DNA of 64,000 nucleotides, taken from IMG/VR virus record IMGVR_UViG_3300021399_000113, positions 1 through 64,000 of that record; one strand, 5' to 3'. Below, piece after piece: positions 30,723 to 39,841 of the stretch. Under the pieces are notes generated by a model. That model was not told the DNA's origin, ran no database searches, and saw nothing but the letters and a program-made list of their open reading frames with translations. The stretch comes from a virus (lineage: Duplodnaviria > Caudoviricetes). Within the stretch, counting starts at the first letter, position 1; the number at the start of each line of letters is the position of its first letter. Position numbers and translations under genes: made by a program.

Positions 30723-31703
30723 ATGACAAAAGCAAGTATTCCTTGGACAACAAAGCAGATTGTTAAGATGGCAGAGAATGGTTCTCTCACTTTTGAGAAC
30801 GCTGTACAGCGTAATCTCGTATGGGATGTGAAGAGAAAGTCACTTCTCATCGACAGCATTCTGAGAAATTACCCTATCCCTCCCTTCTACACAATTCGTA
30901 CAGATGAGAAGATTGAGACCGCAAAGGGTTCTGTTACAGTTTATGACTGCCTTGATGGAAAGCAGAGATGCAACGCTATCGTGGCATTTAAGAAGAACGA
31001 GTATCGTCTTGAGGGTCTTGAGACTATCGTTTCAGAAGAGGGCGAAATTGACCTCAATGGTCTTACCTATGAAACACTCCCCGAAGACCTTCGTGACACA
31101 TTTGATTCCTACACCCTCTCTGTTTATTCTTTCACAGACGCAACAGACGAGGATGTTGTAGAAATCATGAGAAGACTTAACAACGGCAAGCCTCTTTCCG
31201 CAATTGACCTCACAAGAATTAAGGCAGTTGACCTTGCTGGTCTTACAAGACTTGCTAATCACCCTTTCTTTGCAAACCTTTCTGCAAAGGCAATTGAGGG
31301 AAGACACCCCGAAGACATCATTGTTAAGTTTGTTGCACTCCTTAACAACAATGGTGTTGCCAGCCTTGACAACAAGGACATTAAGAAGTATTACGAAGAG
31401 ATTGTCTACACAGAGGAACTTTCCAAGGCAATCACAACCACTCTTGACAGCGCAATTGAAGTGGTAGAACACATCACTCCCAAGTATGTTAAGAAGTTCC
31501 TTTCTAAGACCACTCTCATCTCCATGCTGTACTTCCTGTACGCAAATCCTTCTGAGGGTAGCGGATTTGTGGATGCATTCTTTGACAGCGAAGAACTTGT
31601 TGCTAAGTTCAAAGAGTACAACACAAATGGTAGCAACCATCTCGGTAACGTAGAGGGCAGATTCAACGTCCTCAACGATGCACTTGTAGAGTTCAGTAAG
31701 TAA
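30723..31703 (+). CDS. DUF262 (GmrS/ParB-Srx-like) domain protein
   Basis: QR..VW...KSLLIDSILRNYPIP, DGKQR, RLNNGKPL. Confidence 0.85.
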   Translation: MTKASIPWTTKQIVKMAENGSLTFENAVQRNLVWDVKRKSLLIDSILRNYPIPPFYTIRTDEKIETAKGSVTVYDCLDGKQRCNAIVAFKKNEYRLEGLETIVSEEGEIDLNGLTYETLPEDLRDTFDSYTLSVYSFTDATDEDVVEIMRRLNNGKPLSAIDLTRIKAVDLAGLTRLANHPFFANLSAKAIEGRHPEDIIVKFVALLNNNGVASLDNKDIKKYYEEIVYTEELSKAITTTLDSAIEVVEHITPKYVKKFLSKTTLISMLYFLYANPSEGSGFVDAFFDSEELVAKFKEYNTNGSNHLGNVEGRFNVLNDALVEFSK

Positions 31704-31712
31704 GATAGAGAG

Positions 31713-31743
31713 TTAAGAGCCACCCATCTTGGGTGGCTCTTAA
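31713..31743 (+). terminator. terminator hairpin
   Basis: 13-bp perfect stem TTAAGAGCCACCC/GGGTGGCTCTTAA. Confidence 0.8.
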
Positions 31744-31750
31744 TTAACCA

Positions 31751-31779
31751 TTGACAAATCTCTATTTTTGTTATATAAT
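31751..31779 (+). promoter_or_regulatory. sigmaA-type promoter
   Basis: TTGACA-N17-TATAAT. Confidence 0.85.
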
Positions 31780-31817
31780 GTACTTACAAAGTTCAAAATA
31801 CCAAGGGGGTACACATT

Positions 31818-32117
31818 ATGACAAATGAAATGATTAATCAGAAGGTTATCGAAAGAGAAGCATTACAGGCACAGATTAAGGCACTCACCGCAGAGATGGA
31901 CAAGATTACTGCGGAACTCAAGTCTGAATTGGACAGCAGAAATGCTGACTCAATTGTGACAGACACGTTCAATCTTTTCTACCTTCTTCAGCAGAAGAAG
32001 TCCTTTAACTCTAAGAAGTTTAAGGCAGACCATCCCGAAGACTATGCACAGTATTGTGATGAGAAGGTAAATACTTACTTCACAATCACAAGAACAGTTG
32101 ATGCAAAGGGGGTTTGA
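31818..32117 (+). CDS. hypothetical coiled-coil protein
   Basis: FNSKKFKADHPEDY motif; RBS. Confidence 0.75.
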   Translation: MTNEMINQKVIEREALQAQIKALTAEMDKITAELKSELDSRNADSIVTDTFNLFYLLQQKKSFNSKKFKADHPEDYAQYCDEKVNTYFTITRTVDAKGV

Positions 32118-32301
32118 TTATGTACAGGGGCTATAAGATTTCTCATAGAGGCTACTGCTGGGTTGTAACATCACCCAGTGGTAAGGTATGGACAGAGGAT
32201 ACCCTTGACGATGCGTATAACGCTATTGACGAGGATATTGTTAATGAATGACATAAACACCTAAAGGTGATTATGATATAATTTTTCGGAGGAAAATTAA
32301 A

Positions 32302-33315
32302 ATGATTGTTGTTGGTATTATTTGTGTACTTGTTGCGCTCATTGCGCTCATTGTTGCTGTAGTTGCACGTAAGGAACGTAGTGAAGAATGTAGAGAGGTT
32401 AGTGCAGTTAGTACAGTTATTGCTGTAGTTGCATTGGTAATCGGACTTTTGTTAGGTGGGCTTTCTTTCTTTACCACAATCCCCACTGGGCATACAGGTA
32501 TTGTCACTTTGTTTGGTAAGGTTGAAAATTATACCTTACAGTCGGGTATTCACACTGTAAACCCTTTTGCACGTGTAATTGAAATGGACAATCGTGTTCA
32601 GAAGAAGACAATTGAACTATCTTGTTTCTCATCTGACATTCAAGAGGTAAAGTGTTCTTATACACTTAACTATCAGATTTCCAAGGAAAATGCACAAGAG
32701 ATTTACAAGTCAATTGGTAAGGATTATTATGACACTGCTATCTCCCCTAACATTGCGGAAAGTGTAAAGACCATTGTAGCTCATTACAATGCAGAGGAAC
32801 TTGTAGCAAATCGTGATAAGTTGGCAAGCGAGATTGAGACGCTTCTTAAGCAGAAGCTTACCGACTATTACATTGAAGTAGTAAGTACCGCAGTAGAGGA
32901 TTTGGATTTCACAGACGCTTTCACAAATGCAGTAGAAAGCAAACAGGTTGCTGTTCAGAATAAGTTAAAAGCACAGACCGAACAGGAACAGAAGACAATG
33001 GAAGCAAAGCAAACAGCGGAACGTGCAAAGATACAGGCAGAGGCAGACAAAGAAATTGCACGAATTAAGGCAGAAGCAGACGCAGAAGCCTCTCGCATTA
33101 ACGCTGAGGCTGACTTAAAGGTACAGCAGATTAATGCCGATGCCACTGAGTATGTTGGACAGAAGGAATCCGCAAAGAACAAGGCGATTAGTGAAAGCCT
33201 TACTGATGAACTTCTTCGTTACTACTTTATAACACAGTGGGATGGAAAGTACCCCGACTATTATGTAGGTTCTGATAATATCAGCACTATTGTAGGACTT
33301 CCCACTGGTCAGTAA
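32302..33315 (+). CDS. SPFH/Band 7 (prohibitin-like) membrane protein
   Basis: Two TM helices, IPTGHTGIV..FGKV, A/E/K-rich coiled coil, WDGK.P. Confidence 0.9.
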   Translation: MIVVGIICVLVALIALIVAVVARKERSEECREVSAVSTVIAVVALVIGLLLGGLSFFTTIPTGHTGIVTLFGKVENYTLQSGIHTVNPFARVIEMDNRVQKKTIELSCFSSDIQEVKCSYTLNYQISKENAQEIYKSIGKDYYDTAISPNIAESVKTIVAHYNAEELVANRDKLASEIETLLKQKLTDYYIEVVSTAVEDLDFTDAFTNAVESKQVAVQNKLKAQTEQEQKTMEAKQTAERAKIQAEADKEIARIKAEADAEASRINAEADLKVQQINADATEYVGQKESAKNKAISESLTDELLRYYFITQWDGKYPDYYVGSDNISTIVGLPTGQ

Positions 33316-33350
33316 CACTTTATTAAAATCTAATAGCATAAGGAGATACC

Positions 33351-33824
33351 ATGAGCACAAAAACACAGACACAGATGAAGAAACATGGTGAAAGAATTGC
33401 ATCTACTAAGAGAGTTAGGGAGCGTCAGAAGAGGATAGCAGAAATACAGTCACAATGGTGGAATCCCAATTACTATCTTCAGAATTACAGGTACACTTCT
33501 GATATTGTTGAGGTGGTAAATCCCGCACACTATTACACTGAGTATCTGTTTGAAAACAGATATGATGCAACGAAGGGGTGTGTTAGACCAGTTATTGTAG
33601 CCACAGAGGTATTTGTTCCCGAAGAGACTGTGACAAAGCACATTAATCATAGGAGAGTGGATATAAAACCTTATGTGAAGAGATTGTACAAGCCTTGGAA
33701 GAAGAGGTTAAAGGATGACTCGCACCGCAGAGAACGTAGATTCTATAGAAATATTAAAGAGACAGACGAGGACAAGCCTTTACTTCACAAGAAGAATTTT
33801 GGTGACGCTTGGGAGTGGGATTAA
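33351..33824 (+). CDS. basic hypothetical protein
   Basis: AGGAG RBS. Confidence 0.7.
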   Translation: MSTKTQTQMKKHGERIASTKRVRERQKRIAEIQSQWWNPNYYLQNYRYTSDIVEVVNPAHYYTEYLFENRYDATKGCVRPVIVATEVFVPEETVTKHINHRRVDIKPYVKRLYKPWKKRLKDDSHRRERRFYRNIKETDEDKPLLHKKNFGDAWEWD

Positions 33825-33831
33825 ATAACTA

Positions 33832-33860
33832 TTGACATAATTTAAGTCATGTGATATAAT
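33832..33860 (+). promoter_or_regulatory. sigmaA-type promoter
   Basis: TTGACA-N17-TATAAT. Confidence 0.85.
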
Positions 33861-34059
33861 GCTTATGTTCGGAGGTAGAAGAATATGAGCATTATATCTA
33901 TTGATAAGAGAAGTAAAAAGGCACAGAGAGCATATTATGCATCCATGCGTGTACTTCATGGATTTAATACTGGTACACGTACTATGAAGGATAATAAGCA
34001 TAAATCAAGAAACCGCCTTAAGGCTGAGTTAAGGCGAGACCTAAATGGGAGGTAAATGT

Positions 34060-35295
34060 ATGTTAAATAAGGATGGCATTAGAGAATTAGCCTATGTGGT
34101 AACTATTGATGCTATTGAGCCTATTGTTGGCTCTGACAACTGTGAGTCAGCCGTAGTTGGTGGATGGCATTGCATGGTAAGAAAGAATACTCTCAAGGCG
34201 GGTGATAAGGCTGTATATTTTGAGATTGATTCTCATCTTGATACGACAAAGCCAGAGTTTGCCTTTCTCGAAAAGAAGCACGGCAATATTAAGACACAGA
34301 AGTACACCTTTGGTGGCAAGAACGAGGGGTATTTCTCACAGGGTCTGATTATGGGCTTTGAGGATTTAAACCTCAATGCAGATGAGTACGAGGTTGGGGA
34401 TTTCCTCACTGCTACACTTGGGGTAACTTATGCGGAAGTGGAAGATAATAGTCGTAAGGCTAAGTCTGACCCCGATGCAAAGTACAAGACTGTACTGCGT
34501 AGACATCCTAAGTTAGCCAAGAAATTTGGTAAGTTCATTATGTCTCACACATGGGCAAAGAAGCTTATGTATTTCTTCTTACATAAGAAGAATGATAAGA
34601 AGAGCGAATTCCCTTCTTGGGTAGTTAAGACAGATGAGGAACGCATTCAGAACTTGTCTGGTCGTATTCCAGAGTTCAGACAAGAGCGCTGGGTTGCCAC
34701 TGAAAAGGTAGATGGGACATCTACAACATTCTCTCTTAAGAAGAACAAAAAGGGATTTGATTATTACGTATGTTCTCGTAATGTAGTAATGAAGAGTCCT
34801 TCTATGTACAACACCAAGAAGAAGTGCTATTATGACACAGCCACAGATGATGGCAATGTATACCTTGAGATGGATAAGAAGTACAACATGGAAGACAAGA
34901 TGACCAAGATGTTTAAGAATGAAGCTGTCATAGAAGACAACTTAGACTTTCTTACTGTTCAAGGGGAAACTTATGGTGGGAACATTCAGAAGCGTAAGTA
35001 CGGAACAGAGCATAATCTGGCAGTCTTCAATGTAATCTTTGGATATACAGATGGAAAGACAAAAAGGCTTAATCCTTTTGAGATGCAGGAATTCTGTGAT
35101 TATTATGGACTTCCTACTGTTCCAGTACTCACAGAGATTGAACTTCCAGATTCTGTAGATGGAATTCTCGCCCTTGCTGGCGGTGAGTCAGTAATTGATG
35201 GTGGTATGCGTGAGGGTCTTGTATTCAGAACACTTGATGGCAAAAAGTCATTTAAAGCAGTTGATAATGAGTTCCTTGCCAAGTATCATGGCTAA
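34060..35295 (+). CDS. RNA ligase (Rnl2/DRB0094-like)
   Basis: YFEIDS, KTDEERIQN, TEKVDGTS, QGE.YG, REGLV, SFK. Confidence 0.9.
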   Translation: MLNKDGIRELAYVVTIDAIEPIVGSDNCESAVVGGWHCMVRKNTLKAGDKAVYFEIDSHLDTTKPEFAFLEKKHGNIKTQKYTFGGKNEGYFSQGLIMGFEDLNLNADEYEVGDFLTATLGVTYAEVEDNSRKAKSDPDAKYKTVLRRHPKLAKKFGKFIMSHTWAKKLMYFFLHKKNDKKSEFPSWVVKTDEERIQNLSGRIPEFRQERWVATEKVDGTSTTFSLKKNKKGFDYYVCSRNVVMKSPSMYNTKKKCYYDTATDDGNVYLEMDKKYNMEDKMTKMFKNEAVIEDNLDFLTVQGETYGGNIQKRKYGTEHNLAVFNVIFGYTDGKTKRLNPFEMQEFCDYYGLPTVPVLTEIELPDSVDGILALAGGESVIDGGMREGLVFRTLDGKKSFKAVDNEFLAKYHG

Positions 35296-35307
35296 TTAAA
35301 TAAAGTA

Positions 35308-35336
35308 TTGACAAACCCTCTGAAATGTTATATAAT
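35308..35336 (+). promoter_or_regulatory. sigmaA-type promoter
   Basis: TTGACA-N17-TATAAT. Confidence 0.85.
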
Positions 35337-35368
35337 ATGTTATATAACAGAGTAGGAGGATTTTTGAT

Positions 35369-35875
35369 ATGACTTTATATGTACTTTGCGGAGTTAGTGG
35401 CAGTGGTAAATCTACATATGGAAATTGGCTTGCAAAAGAGAAGGGTGCTTGCGTAGTTGCTACTGATGATATAAGAGAAGAATTATTTGGAAATGCAAGT
35501 GTGCAGGATAATCCTAAGCTCGTGTTTGATACTGCTTATGCGAGGGTAAGGGGATTGTTGGAAAGTGGGAAAGATGTGGTATTTGACGCTACTAACCTTG
35601 ATAAGTACAGAAGAGCGATTATTAAGTATTGTAGCGATTTGAACAGTGTTAGGTATGAGTTACATATTATCCCTGCTACCTATGAACAGTGTGTTTATAG
35701 GCAGTCATTAAGGGGACGTAAAGTTCCTGTTGATGTTGTTTATAGACAGTGGGAAAAGTTTAATCGCAATGATTTTAAGGCAGAGTATAAGTTAGGCAAG
35801 TGGGACAGAATCATTGCAGTGGAAAAGACTAATGATGGGTACAAAGTTATTACAGATTATTCGGAGGAAAATTAA
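35369..35875 (+). CDS. polynucleotide kinase-like P-loop kinase (AAA_33)
   Basis: GVSGSGKST, D.IR, DATN, R.VP. Confidence 0.85.
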   Translation: MTLYVLCGVSGSGKSTYGNWLAKEKGACVVATDDIREELFGNASVQDNPKLVFDTAYARVRGLLESGKDVVFDATNLDKYRRAIIKYCSDLNSVRYELHIIPATYEQCVYRQSLRGRKVPVDVVYRQWEKFNRNDFKAEYKLGKWDRIIAVEKTNDGYKVITDYSEEN

Positions 35876-36583
35876 GTGCTTAATAAGGAACAAATAGAAG
35901 AGAATAAAGCCAAGTTTCTTGAATTACTTGAAAAGATAAAAGAGTACAGAACTGGTGTTGATTGGGATAAGTTAACAAACTATCTTGAAACGTCTGGATT
36001 TTTTACTGCACCTGCAAGTAGACTTCTCCACTCAGCCTATATGGGTGGGCTGTGTGAACATTCACTCAATACTTATGAGGCTATGATGGTGTTGGTGGAT
36101 ATGACATTTCCAGATGAGGTTGTCACTGAGGAAGATGGCACAGTAAAGAGTAACCCTACGTGCCCTTATGCTTGGAATGTGCTGGCTACTGTTGCTCTGC
36201 TCCATGACATTGGAAAAGCAAACTTGTATGAAGCATCAGTGCGAAATAAAAAGGTGTACAGTGCATCGGGCACTAAGTATGACCAGTTAGGCAAATATGA
36301 TTGGATAAGTGAGCCAAGTTGGGAAAAGCGTGAGCTTGACCAGCGATTTATGTATGGAAATACTGAAGAGAATTCAGTGTTCAAATTACTTGAGTTTATG
36401 AAGCTCAGTAAAGAAGAGACAGTCGCTATTCTTCATCACAGCGGTTATTTCGCAGATAACTATGAACGCACCATAGAGTATGCCTATGCTTACTCTAAGT
36501 CTCCACTTTGTGCACTTCTACACCTCGCAGATGAATATGCAATGTATTTAATGGAGTGCAACGATTTAGTTAATTATGAATAA
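35876..36583 (+). CDS. HD-domain phosphohydrolase
   Basis: APAS...H...GGL.EHS, LLHDIGK, HH, AD. Confidence 0.85.
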   Translation: MLNKEQIEENKAKFLELLEKIKEYRTGVDWDKLTNYLETSGFFTAPASRLLHSAYMGGLCEHSLNTYEAMMVLVDMTFPDEVVTEEDGTVKSNPTCPYAWNVLATVALLHDIGKANLYEASVRNKKVYSASGTKYDQLGKYDWISEPSWEKRELDQRFMYGNTEENSVFKLLEFMKLSKEETVAILHHSGYFADNYERTIEYAYAYSKSPLCALLHLADEYAMYLMECNDLVNYE

Positions 36584-36950
36584 AACAATAAAAGAGCAGT
36601 TGGACAGAGTGAGTGGGTTACCGCCTTATGACGATAACACCACCACTCTGCATATAGATTGTAAGTCATCAAATCAATCAGCCTATACTGTAGGCAGAAT
36701 GTATATATTACAGCTTGCTAACTATCTCACAAACCCACCCGCTGGCTTTATGTTAGCATCACAGTGGAATAAAGGAATATCCCCACAATCTGAGTATATT
36801 AGATGTGAGGTCTTACAGATTATGGGCAAAATGATACGAGTTGGTGCTATTGGGTTTGATGTAGCTAACAACAGAGATAAAGATGATGTGTATGAGTCTT
36901 TGTGGTTACCTGTCAGTGGACTTAAAATAATAAGATATTTAGGAGCATAA
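36576..36950 (+). CDS. hypothetical protein
   Basis: Coupled ORF. Confidence 0.7.
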   Translation: MNKTIKEQLDRVSGLPPYDDNTTTLHIDCKSSNQSAYTVGRMYILQLANYLTNPPAGFMLASQWNKGISPQSEYIRCEVLQIMGKMIRVGAIGFDVANNRDKDDVYESLWLPVSGLKIIRYLGA

Positions 36951-39053
36951 ATGGAATCATTAGCAGTAAAATACAGACCTCAGACTTTGGAAGAGATTGT
37001 CAGCCAAGAGAGTGTTACAAAAATTCTTGCACGACAAGTATCTGAGGGTAAAATAAAGAATTGCTATTTATTTACAGGTGCGTCTGGTTGTGGAAAAACT
37101 ACAACTGCACGTGCATTAGCAAGGTTGATTAATGGCAATTCTAATGGGGTGATTGAGGTAGATGGTGCTTCAAACAATGGGGTAGACAATATTCGTGCCC
37201 TTATCACTTCCGCTTCAGAACGTGCTATTGGGGCAGAATATAAGATTATAATCATGGATGAGTGCTTTACCGAGAACACTAACATCATCACCTCTGTAGG
37301 CAATAAGGCGATTAAGGATGTGCAAGTGGGCGATTTAGTCCTTACATTAGATGGATTTAAAAAGGTTGTTAAGACTTTTAATAAAGAAATTGATAGTAAC
37401 CGTCTTGTGTCCGTTAAACTTAATAATTCAAAAAAGGTTGATGTTACAGACAACCATTTGTTTTTAACAGTGAATGGTTGGGTAAAAGCAAAAGACTTGA
37501 GAGAGGGCGATGTTTTAATTGACAATCAAAGTGTGTCCCGTTTGTGGCAAGGAATATCAGACACGGAACACAACTTGTTCGATGGAATGTGGACGAATAC
37601 TTCAGTGGCAACAGAGGCACAAAAAGTATTCTCCCAAAAAGTACACGCATACTTGTGTAATTTGTGGAAAGATGTGGGAAACAACACACAGAAGAACACC
37701 GCAGACCTGTTCAATGGAATGCTATTCGACACTGCTTACAAAAAGGCAGAAGGAGCAATATGCCTCCGAACTTGGGATGGAACGCAAGAAATTAGCATCA
37801 GAAAATGCGAAGAAGTGTCTGATACAGACACCCGAAATGAGGCTAAAGAGTTCAATCCGAATGAAGCTGTACAATCCAATGGCAAACAGTACATCAATAC
37901 AAAAGATGCTACAGACGAAGAATACTCATGGAACACTTCATTGTTGGACAGGACAGCGTGGGGGGAATGGACATTATACACACCAACAGTTGATTTTGAA
38001 AGAGAATTTGGGGAGTGCTTGGGAGTTGGAATATCCAATAGCAACGGGGATAACAAGGGCAAACAACCTAAACAAATATCCTACTTGTTACAAGTTAGAC
38101 CTTGCTTGTCCCGAAAAAATGATTGGGATAGAGGTGGATGGCAAAACTCACTTGCGGAAAGAACAACAATACAGAGACTTGAAGAAGACAAACTTTTTGG
38201 AACAGTTAGGGTGGAAAGTGTTGAGGTTTACCAACGCACAGATAGACACAGAATTGAAGAGGGTATTAGAAACAGTACAAGGGTATATGATTTAGCGGTA
38301 GAAGATTGCCCAACATATTTTGCAAACGGGGTGTGTGTACATAATTGCCATATGATAACAGTGCAAGGTTGGAATGCCTTTCTCAAAACGTTGGAAGAGC
38401 CTCCGAAATACACTATCTTTATGTTCTGCACTACAAACCCAGAGAAGATACCGATTACAGTTCTTAACCGATTACAGAGGTTTAATCTTCAGCGTATTCC
38501 AGCAAACAAGATAGAAGAGAGGTTAAATTTTATTTGTAAACAAGAATTGTTTACAAATTATAAAGAGGCTTGCGCTTACATCTCAAAGATTAGTAATGGA
38601 CAGATGAGAGACGCTATTACTGCCCTTGATAAGTGTGCAAGTTATGACACTGATTTGTCTATTGATAAGGTACTGTTTGCTTTGGGAAACTTCTCCTATG
38701 ATATGTTCTTTGATTTACTCAACGCTATCATAGATGATAATGAGGGGGCAGTACTACAGATTATCAACAGTATTTACTATGATGGTAAGGATTTAAATCA
38801 GTTTATAATCAGTTTCACAGCTTTTATTCTTGATGTAACCAAGTATCTTATTTTTGGAAACTTTGATGTTCTTCAGATACCTACATCATACCAGAATGCG
38901 TTGGACAATGTAATTAAGATAGAAAACGTGCAGTTATATTATAATTATCTAATTGATATGTTGTACAAGCTGAGAGAGGCAGTTAAGTTTGACACTGACA
39001 TTAAATCCACTTCGGAAATTTTATTCTTAAAGATGGCAAGGAACATCGAATGA
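36951..39053 (+). CDS. dnaX: clamp loader ATPase (Pol III gamma/tau-like) containing an intein
   Basis: KYRP, GASGCGKTT, DE|CHM after splicing, NAFLKTLEEPP, G.MRDA. Confidence 0.93.
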   Translation: MESLAVKYRPQTLEEIVSQESVTKILARQVSEGKIKNCYLFTGASGCGKTTTARALARLINGNSNGVIEVDGASNNGVDNIRALITSASERAIGAEYKIIIMDECFTENTNIITSVGNKAIKDVQVGDLVLTLDGFKKVVKTFNKEIDSNRLVSVKLNNSKKVDVTDNHLFLTVNGWVKAKDLREGDVLIDNQSVSRLWQGISDTEHNLFDGMWTNTSVATEAQKVFSQKVHAYLCNLWKDVGNNTQKNTADLFNGMLFDTAYKKAEGAICLRTWDGTQEISIRKCEEVSDTDTRNEAKEFNPNEAVQSNGKQYINTKDATDEEYSWNTSLLDRTAWGEWTLYTPTVDFEREFGECLGVGISNSNGDNKGKQPKQISYLLQVRPCLSRKNDWDRGGWQNSLAERTTIQRLEEDKLFGTVRVESVEVYQRTDRHRIEEGIRNSTRVYDLAVEDCPTYFANGVCVHNCHMITVQGWNAFLKTLEEPPKYTIFMFCTTNPEKIPITVLNRLQRFNLQRIPANKIEERLNFICKQELFTNYKEACAYISKISNGQMRDAITALDKCASYDTDLSIDKVLFALGNFSYDMFFDLLNAIIDDNEGAVLQIINSIYYDGKDLNQFIISFTAFILDVTKYLIFGNFDVLQIPTSYQNALDNVIKIENVQLYYNYLIDMLYKLREAVKFDTDIKSTSEILFLKMARNIE
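37263..38345 (+). mobile_element. intein (361 aa) inserted in Walker B of DnaX
   Basis: Starts CFTENT after DE; block B VTDNHLF; block F VYDLAVE; ends VHN followed by extein Cys. Confidence 0.95.
37519..38295 (+). CDS. Zn-repeat + Vsr/DUF559 (EDxHD-type) endonuclease, nested in +1 frame inside the intein
   Basis: CPVCGK...TCSMEC twice; EY, YKLDLA, IEVDGKTH, RD...L..LGWKVLRFTN; TTG start. Confidence 0.85.
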   Translation: MTIKVCPVCGKEYQTRNTTCSMECGRILQWQQRHKKYSPKKYTHTCVICGKMWETTHRRTPQTCSMECYSTLLTKRQKEQYASELGMERKKLASENAKKCLIQTPEMRLKSSIRMKLYNPMANSTSIQKMLQTKNTHGTLHCWTGQRGGNGHYTHQQLILKENLGSAWELEYPIATGITRANNLNKYPTCYKLDLACPEKMIGIEVDGKTHLRKEQQYRDLKKTNFLEQLGWKVLRFTNAQIDTELKRVLETVQGYMI

Positions 39054-39841
39054 TTAAGTTTCAAGATGATATTATCAACAAAATAGATACTACTGAGTTA
39101 AAAGATTTCCCCCACACATTGCTTTTGTTGGGGGATAGAGGCTGTGGAAAACACACTGTGTCCAACTATGTCTCTGAGACTAAAGGATTGCCTCTGTTTG
39201 ATATTACAGAAAGCCTTGACCTTGATACTCTTAATGGGATATACACAAATACGACATCCGCTATTTATCTGATAAATGCAGACAGCATTACAATAAAAGA
39301 GCAGAATGTTATATTGAAGTTCTTGGAAGAGCCATCAGACCTTATTTACATCATTCTATTATGTTCAAATAAGGCTATGCTGTTACCGACAATAACAAAT
39401 AGATGTGCAGTATGGGAGTTCCATAAACATACAAAAGAGGAACTTAAAGAATTTACTAATGATGAAAATGTGCTGGCTCTTTGTACAACAGTGGGACAGA
39501 TATTGGATTGTCAGACATTTGACTTAGTAGAAATGCAAGCCTATTGCACTAAGATATTTGAATGTATAAATCGTGCCAGCGTTCCCAATATTCTCTACGC
39601 TCTCCCCAAACATATAGCGTGGAAGGGTGAAAAAGATTTATACCCTATTGACATATTGTTCAAAATATTATATAATACAGTGTGCGATATGGTAATTAGT
39701 GGATATAATTGTTTTGATATGTGGGAACTTACACATAAATTCATTAATGATTTAAATATCCCAAACATTGACAAGAAACAGCGATATGAGAAATATTTGA
39801 TAGATTTACAGAATTGGTATAAGTATAAGGATGAGCATTGA
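39050..39841 (+). CDS. holB: clamp loader delta'-like subunit
   Basis: HTLLLLG.RGCGK, QNVILKFLEEP, LLPTITNRC. Confidence 0.8.
   Translation: MIKFQDDIINKIDTTELKDFPHTLLLLGDRGCGKHTVSNYVSETKGLPLFDITESLDLDTLNGIYTNTTSAIYLINADSITIKEQNVILKFLEEPSDLIYIILLCSNKAMLLPTITNRCAVWEFHKHTKEELKEFTNDENVLALCTTVGQILDCQTFDLVEMQAYCTKIFECINRASVPNILYALPKHIAWKGEKDLYPIDILFKILYNTVCDMVISGYNCFDMWELTHKFINDLNIPNIDKKQRYEKYLIDLQNWYKYKDEH

Noticed and set aside
31032-31640. 202-aa minus-strand ORF
   Set aside because: Antisense shadow of the codon-biased DUF262 gene; no RBS or motifs.
37064-38431. Minus-strand ORFs over dnaX and the intein
   Set aside because: No motifs, unlike the +1 frame ORF; treated as shadows.
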